This document shows, piece after piece, positions 10,639 to 19,471 of a stretch of 64,000 nucleotides of DNA. The notes beneath the pieces are model-generated. The model did no database searches and was not told where the DNA came from. It was given only the letters and a program-made list of their open reading frames with translations. Position numbers and translations under genes: made by a program. Numbering within the stretch: position 1 is the stretch's first letter; the number at the start of each line of letters is the position of its first letter. The DNA comes from Christensenellales bacterium (GTDB lineage Bacteria; Bacillota; Clostridia; Christensenellales; UBA1750): NCBI GenBank assembly GCA_050942895.1, contig JBMNOE010000012.1:1064-65063 (forward strand), given 5' to 3'.

Positions 10639-12126
10639 TTACAGCTCCGCGCTGAACATAAAAGCGGTGCTCCAATCGTCGCAGCCGTTCAGGAACACTT
10701 CTGCAGTCCAATATTTATCCGGGTACGGAATATTCACGTTTTGCCCGAGGATTATATTCCGCGTAACATCGTACATGGCGTCACTGTCATAGCCCTCGTT
10801 TGAATGCATGGCTTTCAAATCGCCCGAAAATACCGCAAAAGCAAACTGCGAGAAAAACGGCGGCCCCTCCACGAGATTGTAGACATCCCGCCGCGGCACA
10901 AAGTCGAAGAAAAGAAATCCTTCAGGCACAGGGGTTTCGACTTTCATAAACCGTCCCCAAAAGCCGTGCCACCTTTCAATATCTATGGGTTTTCCGTAGT
11001 GATGTTGGAAGAAAACATCATAATCAAAGCCCGACTTGTATTCTGTCATATCTTCGAGCGTCTCCATTATATCGAGTTTCAAACGCATATCGGTTCCAAC
11101 GCCTTGTATACATTCTTTTCCGATAAAGCGCATAGCGGGCAACTTTTTATATTCAAAGCTCTCCACTATAAAACCTTTTTGCTGGCGTTTGACCGTCTCC
11201 GGCATAAACAATGCCCACTGCACACCGGCGTCGCAGTCTTTTAAGTAATTAACATATCCGAAAAGCTCAACGCCATCGGTACCGAAACGACCTGTTTTTC
11301 CGCCCGCTATCTGCTCACGGACACTGCGGTTTTCCATGACGGAAAAGTTAGAAAACACTCTGCCCAGTGTGTCTGCCAGCCGCTTGTCACCCGGATTCCC
11401 CGACAACTCATCATCGAACCTATCCAGCGCTTTGAATATCGCCTCATTCACCACACCGGACGGCTCAAGCTCCTTCAAAACCGCGCGAAGCTTTGCGTTT
11501 TGATCCTTGAACCGCGCGAGTACGCCCTGCATCAAAATCTGTTCGTTTTCGGCAAGCTTGTCCTGTGTCCACTCGGAATCATCGAGTATCCATTCTGTCA
11601 GCTTGTCAAAAATAACCGGGTTCCGACCCCGCGCCTCTCCCGCCCAGCGAACAATTCGGCTGTACTTTTCGGCGGCGGACAGTTCGCCCTGCCCCTCGCT
11701 GAGCCTGCCCCAATCGGCAAAATGAAACTCGTTGATAATGTTAAGCGACATATCAAAGCCCCCTTGAATTGAAATATTGATTGAAAATGGTCGGAACCGC
11801 TTTATGCTGTTCAACTCAGCTTTTGAGGGAGGTACGCCGTGGAACCGGGTGAACGCCTTGGAAAAGCTCTCGGGCGTGTCGTACTGATACCGCAACGCAA
11901 CATCAATCATTTTGCTGCCCGGTTTTAGCAAATCCTGCGCCGCCAGCGTTAATCGCCGGTTGCGGATATATTCGCCTATGGTAAGCCCCATTACCAGATG
12001 GAAAACAAGCTGGAAATGCGAGCTTGAGGAATAAGCCTGAGCCGATATCTCATCGATGTCGATATCATCGGTCAGGTGCTTTTCAATGTAGTCAATAACC
12101 TTTGACAGATTCGCAATTCAGTCCAT
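10639..12126 (-). pseudogene. AraC-family regulator with helical linker and GyrI-like effector-binding C-terminus; TGA at codon 3
   Basis: ATG 12126 (RBS GGAGG) is in frame with the 450-aa ORF starting at 11991. The reading is MD*IANLSKVIDYIEKHLTDDIDIDEISAQAYSSSSHFQLVFHLVMGLTIGEYIRNRRL.., with the stop at 12118-12120. The C-terminus is GyrI-like (..FEYKKLPAMRFIGKE..FAFAVFSG..). Restart at 11991 would lack the first HTH. Confidence 0.7.
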
Positions 12127-12237
12127 GTACGAGCCTCCTTTCGAATGTATTGTACAATAAAGCCATCAAGGGTTTCATGTCTTGGAATACGGAGTTTTGT
12201 CCGGTTAGATTATCAAGCGTTATCCATTTTAACATAG

Positions 12238-13086
12238 CTAACAGCAGAACATCCATCCGACTCCGTGATTGTCGTGCAGCAGCGCAGACAGGGGTGTCCA
12301 ATGCCAGTCAACAAGAAGCTCGCCATGTCCGCCATTTCTAATCATAACCTCAAATGCCCTGCGCAGTTCCTCCTGCGATGAAAAGCGAACACAGCAGTCT
12401 CCGTGATAGTGTTCGTTATCATGCGGCCTCAACAGGATAGGGTAACCGTCGATTTCTATGTTGATATAAGGGTCACCGTTTGGCAGATAATCTCCGGAAG
12501 TAATAACCGCGCCAAAGGCTTCTACATATAATTTACTCGCACCCACAGGGTCATCAATATGAAACATTTGATAGAAACGAGGCGGCCTTTTTACTATATC
12601 CGGTTTCTTTCCAAGCTGTTCGGTGACCTCTAACAGCCTGTTCACATTCGCTGCGTTGCCGTCGTAATCCACATTGACAAGCTGGGTTTCTATCTCCCTC
12701 GCCTTTTCATAGAGCAGCTTGACATCGGATTCCTTGCCGAAATCGGACTGCTCGATTTGCCGTATAAAATTCAAAATGATATCTTTAAGCTCGTGCAGCA
12801 GTGCGACCTCATCGTCGATATCGCTTACCTTTTTGTCCAGTACTTCCAATACAGCTTCCGACCCAGGCGCATCAAAAACCCGCTTAATGTCCTTGATGCT
12901 GACATTCAACCGGCGCAGTATGAGTATCTGCTCCAGCCGCTTCACCGCATCTTCGTCATACAGCCTGTACGCGTAATCATCGCTGCGGGTGCTCGTCAAA
13001 AGGCCCATATCTTCGTAATAACGCAAGGTTCGCGCGGATATGTCGTATTTGGCTGACACATCTCTGATTTTAATAAGCTCGTTCAT
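12238..13086 (-). CDS. MerR-family regulator fused to a VOC-like C-terminal domain
   Basis: MNELIKIRDVSAKYDISARTLRYYEDMGLL..ILILRRLNVSIKDI is a MerR HTH plus coiled coil. The C-terminus is ..FYQMFHIDDPVGASKLYVEAFGAVI..ILLRPHDNEHYHGDCCVRFSSQEELRRAFEVM.. Confidence 0.8.
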   Translation of the reverse strand: MNELIKIRDVSAKYDISARTLRYYEDMGLLTSTRSDDYAYRLYDEDAVKRLEQILILRRLNVSIKDIKRVFDAPGSEAVLEVLDKKVSDIDDEVALLHELKDIILNFIRQIEQSDFGKESDVKLLYEKAREIETQLVNVDYDGNAANVNRLLEVTEQLGKKPDIVKRPPRFYQMFHIDDPVGASKLYVEAFGAVITSGDYLPNGDPYINIEIDGYPILLRPHDNEHYHGDCCVRFSSQEELRRAFEVMIRNGGHGELLVDWHWTPLSALLHDNHGVGWMFCC

Positions 13087-13119
13087 AAATAAATTCCTCC
13101 TGCCGTCAGTTTTGATTTC

Positions 13120-13150
13120 ATTGTAATCGCTTCCCCAACGGCAGAGTCAA
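13120..13150 (-). promoter_or_regulatory. MerR-type promoter (19-bp spacer) upstream of the MerR-VOC gene
   Basis: The minus strand reads TTGACT-CTGCCGTTGGGGAAGCGAT-TACAAT, with -35 at 13145-13150, -10 at 13120-13125 and a 19-nt spacer. Confidence 0.55.
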
Positions 13151-13226
13151 GGGAAAAGGTGCATTCTATCTGCTCATATTTAATAATATAGCACCAATCA
13201 CGCAAGTTTCATCTTCGCTGGTTACA

Positions 13227-13778
13227 TCAAAAGCTAAACAGTGTGAGTCGTCGGTTATAAACCCGCCATAGTGCTTTGAAATAACCATCCTGCTCGTCAA
13301 GCAATTGTTTCACTTTTGCTAAGTCATCAACGTGTATGTCAGGAATCAATACCGGATATGCGCCGCAACGGAAAATCTCACGCCCATCATCAAATTTCCA
13401 GTAATACCCCATATTGCCGCCTGTGCAAGCCGTACCGCAACCGTCGCATTTGTTTTTCAAGTGCGCAGGGCGTTCAGGATTCATAGTCCCCCAATACTGT
13501 TCGTTTTGCGCCTCTATATCGCGCCGCAGCGCATCGCGGTATTTTTGAGGAGGATTCTCGCAGGCAAAAAACTTAACGCGAAACTCACCGCCATTACAGA
13601 CTCGGATTTTTGCAATGACTTGCCGCCCGCGTTTGAAGGAAAGCGTGAGGGCTTTGACCGCTTGTTTTTGCGGCAGATATCCGAGCTTAGTGAGATGATC
13701 CATGATACCGCCGAAAAGAGTCTTTCGCTCTTCCGGCAATTCGGACAACAATTGTGAAATTATCGCGTTCTGTTTCAT
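13227..13778 (-). CDS. Hypothetical protein (N-terminus DUF1801/YdhG-like, Cys-rich C-terminal half)
   Basis: ATG 13778 forms an ATGA overlap with the upstream stop. The sequence is MKQNAIISQLLSELPEERKTLFGGIMDHLTKLGY..CDGCGTACTGG... It is the last gene of the - strand array. Confidence 0.55.
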   Translation of the reverse strand: MKQNAIISQLLSELPEERKTLFGGIMDHLTKLGYLPQKQAVKALTLSFKRGRQVIAKIRVCNGGEFRVKFFACENPPQKYRDALRRDIEAQNEQYWGTMNPERPAHLKNKCDGCGTACTGGNMGYYWKFDDGREIFRCGAYPVLIPDIHVDDLAKVKQLLDEQDGYFKALWRVYNRRLTLFSF

Positions 13779-14155
13779 AACGATTCCTCCACCATAAAGC
13801 CCCACTGGACGCCAAACCTATCCATGAATTGCAACCCAAGCTCGGAGTATGACAGTTTTTCGGGAGGGTCGATGACAATCCCACCGGACTTCATAATTTC
13901 ATAGCACGCGAGCAATTCCACCGAGCTTTCAAAGGTTACGACCATGGCAACGGCACAATCCGTTGATTTGTCTTTGTTACCGAAACGGTCATTGAGCATC
14001 ACGCGGATGTCATGTATGCGCATTTCCGCATGACCAACGCTCCCTTTGCCATCCCCACTATGAAACAGGACGTCCGATTTCGTGTCAAACGCTTTCTCAT
14101 ACAATGCGATTGCCTCGGCGCAGTTGCCGCTAAAGTGCAGATGTGGTATCAGCAT
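13775..14155 (-). CDS. VOC-family protein (PhnB-like)
   Basis: MLIPHLHFSGNCAEAIALYEKAF..GHAEMRIHDIRVMLND..DRFGVQWGF is typical of PhnB/3-demethylubiquinone methyltransferase-like VOC proteins. Confidence 0.75.
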   Translation of the reverse strand: MLIPHLHFSGNCAEAIALYEKAFDTKSDVLFHSGDGKGSVGHAEMRIHDIRVMLNDRFGNKDKSTDCAVAMVVTFESSVELLACYEIMKSGGIVIDPPEKLSYSELGLQFMDRFGVQWGFMVEESL

Positions 14156-14158
14156 ATG

Positions 14159-14524
14159 TTAGGCCTCCTTTGGAAAACTTCTGAAATTCAAGATGTTCCC
14201 GTCCGAGTCGCGGAATTGAAACGACCGCGCACCCCATGAATGGGTTGTCGGCGCATTTACCATTTCCGCGCCGAGTGACTGCAAACGTTCATATTCTGCA
14301 TCCAAGTCATCGACATTAAAGCTCAGAACGGTATTGTTCCCGCTCTCTGCAAACTCATAATAGAAATCCGAGTTCTTTTCCAGCATAAAAACCATATGCA
14401 AACCGCCAACATTCAAAGTGGAATGCCATTCATCCCCTTCTGCCGCGCCGCCGAAAACAACCTCGTAAAAAGCACGCAGACGCAGGACATCGTTTGTGAT
14501 GAAACAGACATCGGTGAATATCAT
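14159..14524 (-). CDS. VOC-family protein (glyoxalase/bleomycin-resistance type)
   Basis: ..LRLRAFYEVVFGG..LSFNVDDLDAEYERLQSLGAEMVNAPTTHSWGARSFQFRDSDGNILNF. Confidence 0.8.
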   Translation of the reverse strand: MIFTDVCFITNDVLRLRAFYEVVFGGAAEGDEWHSTLNVGGLHMVFMLEKNSDFYYEFAESGNNTVLSFNVDDLDAEYERLQSLGAEMVNAPTTHSWGARSFQFRDSDGNILNFRSFPKEA

Positions 14525-15096
14525 TTGTTACCCTCTCTTTTGGCGGCGTGCCATGAGGCCGGGAAATTTTCTTCAAAAAACCGGCTTTTTGTGGTGTTTA
14601 TATGTAGAAAGTTGTTTTTCAAAATCAACCGCTTCATCATTTCAACAATTTCGGCTCTTTTTTTATCCATCAGCTCCCCGTATCGCATGACACGAACCTT
14701 GCCCTCCTGTTCAACTTTAAGGATTTCGTTGTACACGTTATCGACAAAATCAAATCCTTCAACCGAAACCGGTTCTGTGGCTATCCATACCCCTCCTGTA
14801 TGGCCTTGCTTTATCATACCGTTATCTGAGCAGGAATAAATGTACCCGCTGCGCATGTTGTATATTTTGGCAAGCTGGTTTGGAAATTGCTCATGGTAAA
14901 CAACAATGCCGCTTTCATCAATACCGCAGGTAACGTGGTTTATCTCCATATCACGAAGATAAAAGAGGGAATAAGACTTATTAGGCGTAAAATAGCAAAC
15001 TGTTTCCGTTCCACCATGCATTTTTGATAAGGGGTGTAATTCCTTCAACCCACCAATGTTGCTTGCGTGATAAAATTCGTTACTATGTTCGTTCAT
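14521..15096 (-). CDS. Hypothetical protein
   Basis: An intact 191-aa ORF with ATGA overlaps at both ends (15096/15093 and 14524/14521). No family recognised. Confidence 0.6.
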   Translation of the reverse strand: MNEHSNEFYHASNIGGLKELHPLSKMHGGTETVCYFTPNKSYSLFYLRDMEINHVTCGIDESGIVVYHEQFPNQLAKIYNMRSGYIYSCSDNGMIKQGHTGGVWIATEPVSVEGFDFVDNVYNEILKVEQEGKVRVMRYGELMDKKRAEIVEMMKRLILKNNFLHINTTKSRFFEENFPASWHAAKREGNK

Positions 15097-16418
15097 AATT
15101 TCCTCGCGTTCCGCGTAATCTCTTTGATAAACTCGCCCTTAGCCTCGGTATAGCCGTCACGGTCGTGCTCATAATTCGCGAATAGCCCACGTTTCAAATC
15201 TGCATATTCGGCGGCGACTTCGGGGTGAGCAATCAGATGGTCGCTAAAATACAGCTCGTCATAATCGCCGTTATAACGAACGTGGATATGATAAACCTTT
15301 TCAGCAAAGCCATCAGAGATGTAACCTTTCAAAATCATAACAAGATCGTGCTCCGAGAGCGAATTGCCCTCCCTGCGTAGGCAAATATATTCCGATGACG
15401 GCAAAGCGGCAACCAATTCTTCTATATCGGTGTCCTCATTGATTTCAAGCAGAATATCCACGGTCGGTTTCGCCATCAGTCCGGGGACGGACGTACTGCC
15501 GAAATGACTGATACGGAATACTTTATCTGCCCCGATCAACCGCTCAAGATTAGCCTTTTCCTCCGCATACCACTCCGGCCATGCGAGATTGTATTCACTC
15601 AGGATGATGGGGTATATTCGGGCGCGCCGTTGATCGGGGGTTTCCAACAGATGCGCAATCATGGATTTAATCTCAACATTCCAGTTCTCCTCTGAAATAT
15701 CGTATGTATCATGGGGTATTGGCAGCTGTCGCAGCACAGCCAAATCCATTTGCTTGCGCTCTTCCCAAAAGCGAATTTGCTCAACCGACGGCGGTGCTTC
15801 ATTGCGGCTCGTTCGGGCTTTCTGCAATCTTTCCGACACACTATCACTTGACAGATAAATAATCTGCGGGTGGAGCGATTCGACGGCTTTAATGAGAGCG
15901 TTCAAGTGATGGACAATTTGTTCATACGAAGCATCGTAATTGCGCATCATGTCGTTAATGGGATGGTGGATTAATGACCCATCAAAGATTAATAAATCAG
16001 GCTGGTGTTTAGAGTTATGCGCGAAGTTCTCCCAGACCGCCTTGTATACGCGGCTATACTCTGAAAGGGAAACAAGGTTTACCGGCTTCCAGCAAAACTC
16101 ATGCTTGTGAAGCTCATCAAGCAGTGGTTCCGGGAACAGCGGTGTTTTCTGGTCATAGTATCGAACCAGACGTATATCATCTGCGATAATGGTATTTCTT
16201 TTGATATCCTCTGAAAACGCTTCATACTTTGTGAGCAAATCAGCGTATTGGTCATGTTTCAAATACGCCGTACAGTAGAAATCAATGGGGTTCGAAAAGT
16301 CAAATTCCTTATAGCACTCGGCGGAAAAGCCCATTTCACGCAGCTTATCACGCAGTATTTGCGTTGTTGTGCTTTTTCCAACACCCGATACGCCCTCGAC
16401 AAAAATGAGTTTACTCAT
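15093..16418 (-). CDS. P-loop kinase-like (dNK/CPT-like) domain fused to a GrpB domain
   Basis: MSKLIFVEGVSGVGKSTT has a Walker A motif. The C-terminus ..FRISHFGSTSVPGLMAKPTVDILLEI..YHIHVRY..DHLIAHPEVAAEYADLKRGL..DRDGYTEAKGEFIKEI is GrpB-like. ATG 16418 forms an ATGA overlap with the upstream stop. Confidence 0.75.
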   Translation of the reverse strand: MSKLIFVEGVSGVGKSTTTQILRDKLREMGFSAECYKEFDFSNPIDFYCTAYLKHDQYADLLTKYEAFSEDIKRNTIIADDIRLVRYYDQKTPLFPEPLLDELHKHEFCWKPVNLVSLSEYSRVYKAVWENFAHNSKHQPDLLIFDGSLIHHPINDMMRNYDASYEQIVHHLNALIKAVESLHPQIIYLSSDSVSERLQKARTSRNEAPPSVEQIRFWEERKQMDLAVLRQLPIPHDTYDISEENWNVEIKSMIAHLLETPDQRRARIYPIILSEYNLAWPEWYAEEKANLERLIGADKVFRISHFGSTSVPGLMAKPTVDILLEINEDTDIEELVAALPSSEYICLRREGNSLSEHDLVMILKGYISDGFAEKVYHIHVRYNGDYDELYFSDHLIAHPEVAAEYADLKRGLFANYEHDRDGYTEAKGEFIKEITRNARKL

Positions 16419-17440
16419 ATTACCGCCTCGCTTTCGCATTGCTCACGCCACCTGTACAGCCAATCGAGCTGCTTGTCCAAGAATGCGTTATCCACACAGT
16501 CAAGCCCATACATTTCAATAATCGTCGCTTGTAACGCGAAATGATATAACGCTATCAAATCAAAAAACGCGTTCATCTCTGTCTCACAAAGAGTATTGTG
16601 CTTCAGATAACCCGGCCGAAAGCGTATAAGAGCCTCTTTTGATTTCCCGTAGCCGCTCTCGTCAAAATCAAAATAATGGGTTTGGTTGCATATCAATGTT
16701 GGATCATACATCGGAAAACTCTCGCAGGAGGTGTCGAAATCCAAAAGATACAGTTTACAATCAGGCGCTTTGTGGATATTGCCGCTGTACATATCGCCGT
16801 GACAATACCCGTGGGGCAGGTCTTTAATCCTGTCCCAAACCGCGTCGCCATACGCCTGAAACTCGTCGGCTGTCGGGTATTGCTTTTTTCTCAATATGTC
16901 AATATATCTGCCGATGAGAAAATACTTGTCTCGCTTAACGAGTTCGCCGGTGTAGTCTCTCATTATACGATGAAGCCTCCCGACAAAAGCACCGATTGCC
17001 TCGGCATCCTGCTCCGGGTCTGATTCAACTCCCTCAATGAACTCATATAGGATGTAGAGCGCATTTTCCGTTTGAACGTGAAGAGTATTATTTTTTGTGC
17101 GGATGAGAGCAGGCACAGGAAACCCTTTATCATGTAAAAACGCTTGAATATCAACGCCCTTAATGGCGGTATCAAAAAGCGCAGGTTTAATGACGCGCAG
17201 GAAATATCTGTCGCCACCCGAAACCATCGCATTGAGATAGGCGGCGCACTCCTCCGTGCTTGTGGCGTAACCGTAAGCGTCTTTATACATATTTCCGCCA
17301 AGCTTAACCCAAAAACCAAGCGACGATAAAACGGCAATGCTGCGCTTGTGCCGCGCCGGGTCTGGAACGCGGCTGGGGCATATGATCCCTATCACGTCTC
17401 CAAGTGAAAGCTTCGGTGCAACGACTGCCATGTGGTTCAT
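16415..17440 (-). CDS. Chimeric ORF: ~70-aa N-terminal fragment of an S66 LD-carboxypeptidase/MccF-like peptidase fused to an APH-fold phosphotransferase
   Basis: The N-terminus VAPKLSLGDVIGIICPSRVPDPARHKRSIAVLSSLGFWVKLGGNMYKDAYGYATSTEECAAYLNAMVSG resembles S66 N-termini, before the nucleophile region. The rest is a kinase fold with GDRYFLRVIKP.. and HGYCHGDMYSGNIH..LYLLDFD. Confidence 0.7.
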   Translation of the reverse strand: MNHMAVVAPKLSLGDVIGIICPSRVPDPARHKRSIAVLSSLGFWVKLGGNMYKDAYGYATSTEECAAYLNAMVSGGDRYFLRVIKPALFDTAIKGVDIQAFLHDKGFPVPALIRTKNNTLHVQTENALYILYEFIEGVESDPEQDAEAIGAFVGRLHRIMRDYTGELVKRDKYFLIGRYIDILRKKQYPTADEFQAYGDAVWDRIKDLPHGYCHGDMYSGNIHKAPDCKLYLLDFDTSCESFPMYDPTLICNQTHYFDFDESGYGKSKEALIRFRPGYLKHNTLCETEMNAFFDLIALYHFALQATIIEMYGLDCVDNAFLDKQLDWLYRWREQCESEAVI

Positions 17441-17472
17441 CTCCTCATAACGTTAATCTCGATGTTTATATA

Positions 17473-19362
17473 CTATTCAATCAAAAACTCAGCAACAACC
17501 ACGTCCAGATGGACGGGTGCGTCGTTACCGCTGCCGTTTCCTATGCCGAAATGGCAAGTTCCAGCGATACTCTCATCTATACCAATAATTCCGCTCGGTG
17601 TCATTTGGGAAAGCCCAATTCCAAGTTCAATGATTTTGCGGCAATTATCAGGTAGTTTCCATAGTTCCATTTTTAATCTATGTGCCATTTCTCCGCCGGA
17701 AATGTCGATGATCTCTCCATTCTCAATATGCAGTTCAACCGGCAGATCCACAAGGCCAAAGCTGTCAGCTAAATCTGCATATACTCGCAGTTCACCAACG
17801 GTTACATCCGTTACAATTACACCATTGGCTGAATCAGGCACAACACAACAGCTGATTTCGGCAGGCGGTAAATACGCATTCGCACCCGGCGAATGCGTAT
17901 TATATGGAATCAAGAACGGTTCACATGGTCTCAGAGTAATATCGGTGCCAGATTTCGCCGTTACTCGAACAAGGCTCTTATCGGGTAAAGCGCTGTACTG
18001 ATGCATAATGCTTTCGGTCAATTCCTCCGGTGTGTTTAGCCCTTCTAATAGCGCGTGCGGTGTAATTGTCGGGCGGATACAGATATATTTTGATGCAAGT
18101 CCCTTCGGCTTGTTAAATGCGAAAGCGTGCTTTCGATGCTTGCCCATCCAGCTTTCGATTCCTATATGAAGAATAAGTAAATCTTCAGGCGCTAATAAAT
18201 AGACTTCGGCGTAATCATCCGTTTCGTCGAGGTTTATCAGGTGAATGCTTTTTACAAATGGTACGCTTTCATCTTTAATTAATCGCGCTGTATTCAGCAT
18301 TTCGTTGTCCGTCAGTATGCAAACTCTGTTGCGTCCGTCTAATCCGCCGTACCTTGCAACGATTGCAGCATAGGACGGCGGTATTTCCACGTAGTGGCAA
18401 CGCTTGCGCCAAAGGATTTCGTAGTCCTTGTGCGGAACAATACGTTTCGTTAAATCAACCGCATTTTTTATACCGGCTTCGCCGCACCAGCGGACATCTT
18501 CAGCGTAAGCAAGCATGTTTAGCGGGTCATCATCCCAAACAACAGGAACTGTATCCCATCCGGCGAGGGTTGCCAACGCCACACGGGTATGCCCGTCGGT
18601 CATTAGGTATTTATCGTTATACAATTTAATCGGAATCGGGTCGAACTTTGACTTATCCGAAGGGTCAAACCAATCTCGCGCAAGGCGCAGCTTACCCTCG
18701 CTGACATAAAGCTGGCTCGGTTGAATCTCAGCAGGTGGCAACTCAAAAACTTTATCAGGCGAAACTCTTGTTCGGCGGTGCTCAATGTACTCATGTCGGG
18801 TAAGGCGAAAATGGTGCTGCAGCTTACCTTTTTGCGGTTGTGGTAAATCCTCCGACAAGATTAGTGAGAAGCCGTTCTTCTCCCAGACGCGGCGAGCGCG
18901 AGGATTATAATCCTCATTAAAGCAATGCAGTACATCGACATGCTCTCCGTTAAAAGCGTAATCTACCAACATGCGAACAAGCGCTGTACCGATGCCTTTG
19001 CTCCAATACTCTTTTTCTCCGATTGACATATCAATCCTTCGCACATCTGTTGATTCCGGGTACATAGCTTTCACATTCGGAATATTCATTTTCTGTAACC
19101 AACATTCGCCAATAGGTTTGCCGTTTGCCTCTATCGCAAAGCAGAACGCATTTTGTGAAACGCTGCCGAATATGGCGTGTACGATTTTTGCATCGTAACT
19201 GCGGACGATATCTTCGCCGCCTTCTGTCCAGTATAGGATATCCGGGTCGGCGTTCCACTTGTAGAGCAGCGGCAGATGATCGTCACATAGAGGGCGTAGG
19301 ATGATGTCGTGTTCGTCGGTACTGCCGTAAAGTGTAATGTCGTGGGTTTTAATGATGCTCAT
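17473..19362 (-). CDS. Three-domain fusion: RimJ/RimL-type GNAT, ParB/Srx-like domain, M29 aminopeptidase-like C-terminus
   Basis: The GNAT part is ..ILRPLCDDHLPLLYKWNADPDILYW..EYWSKGIGTALVRMLVDYAF..NPRARRVWEKNGF. The ParB-like part is ..YLMTDGHTRVALATLAGWDTVPVVWDDD. The C-terminus ..GANAYLPPAEISCCVVPDSANGVIV..LHIENGEIIDISGG..ELGIGLS..IDESIAGTCHFGIGNGSGNDAPVHLDVVV resembles the M29 (AmpS/PepS) fold. Confidence 0.75.
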   Translation of the reverse strand: MSIIKTHDITLYGSTDEHDIILRPLCDDHLPLLYKWNADPDILYWTEGGEDIVRSYDAKIVHAIFGSVSQNAFCFAIEANGKPIGECWLQKMNIPNVKAMYPESTDVRRIDMSIGEKEYWSKGIGTALVRMLVDYAFNGEHVDVLHCFNEDYNPRARRVWEKNGFSLILSEDLPQPQKGKLQHHFRLTRHEYIEHRRTRVSPDKVFELPPAEIQPSQLYVSEGKLRLARDWFDPSDKSKFDPIPIKLYNDKYLMTDGHTRVALATLAGWDTVPVVWDDDPLNMLAYAEDVRWCGEAGIKNAVDLTKRIVPHKDYEILWRKRCHYVEIPPSYAAIVARYGGLDGRNRVCILTDNEMLNTARLIKDESVPFVKSIHLINLDETDDYAEVYLLAPEDLLILHIGIESWMGKHRKHAFAFNKPKGLASKYICIRPTITPHALLEGLNTPEELTESIMHQYSALPDKSLVRVTAKSGTDITLRPCEPFLIPYNTHSPGANAYLPPAEISCCVVPDSANGVIVTDVTVGELRVYADLADSFGLVDLPVELHIENGEIIDISGGEMAHRLKMELWKLPDNCRKIIELGIGLSQMTPSGIIGIDESIAGTCHFGIGNGSGNDAPVHLDVVVAEFLIE

Positions 19363-19471
19363 TTTTTATTCCCCATATTCCTCATGCAATTTGATATACC
19401 CATCGTTTTGCTGTTCTGGCATTCACAGATAATCGTCCGCCGACGATGTGGATGATGTTATATTTCACAGT

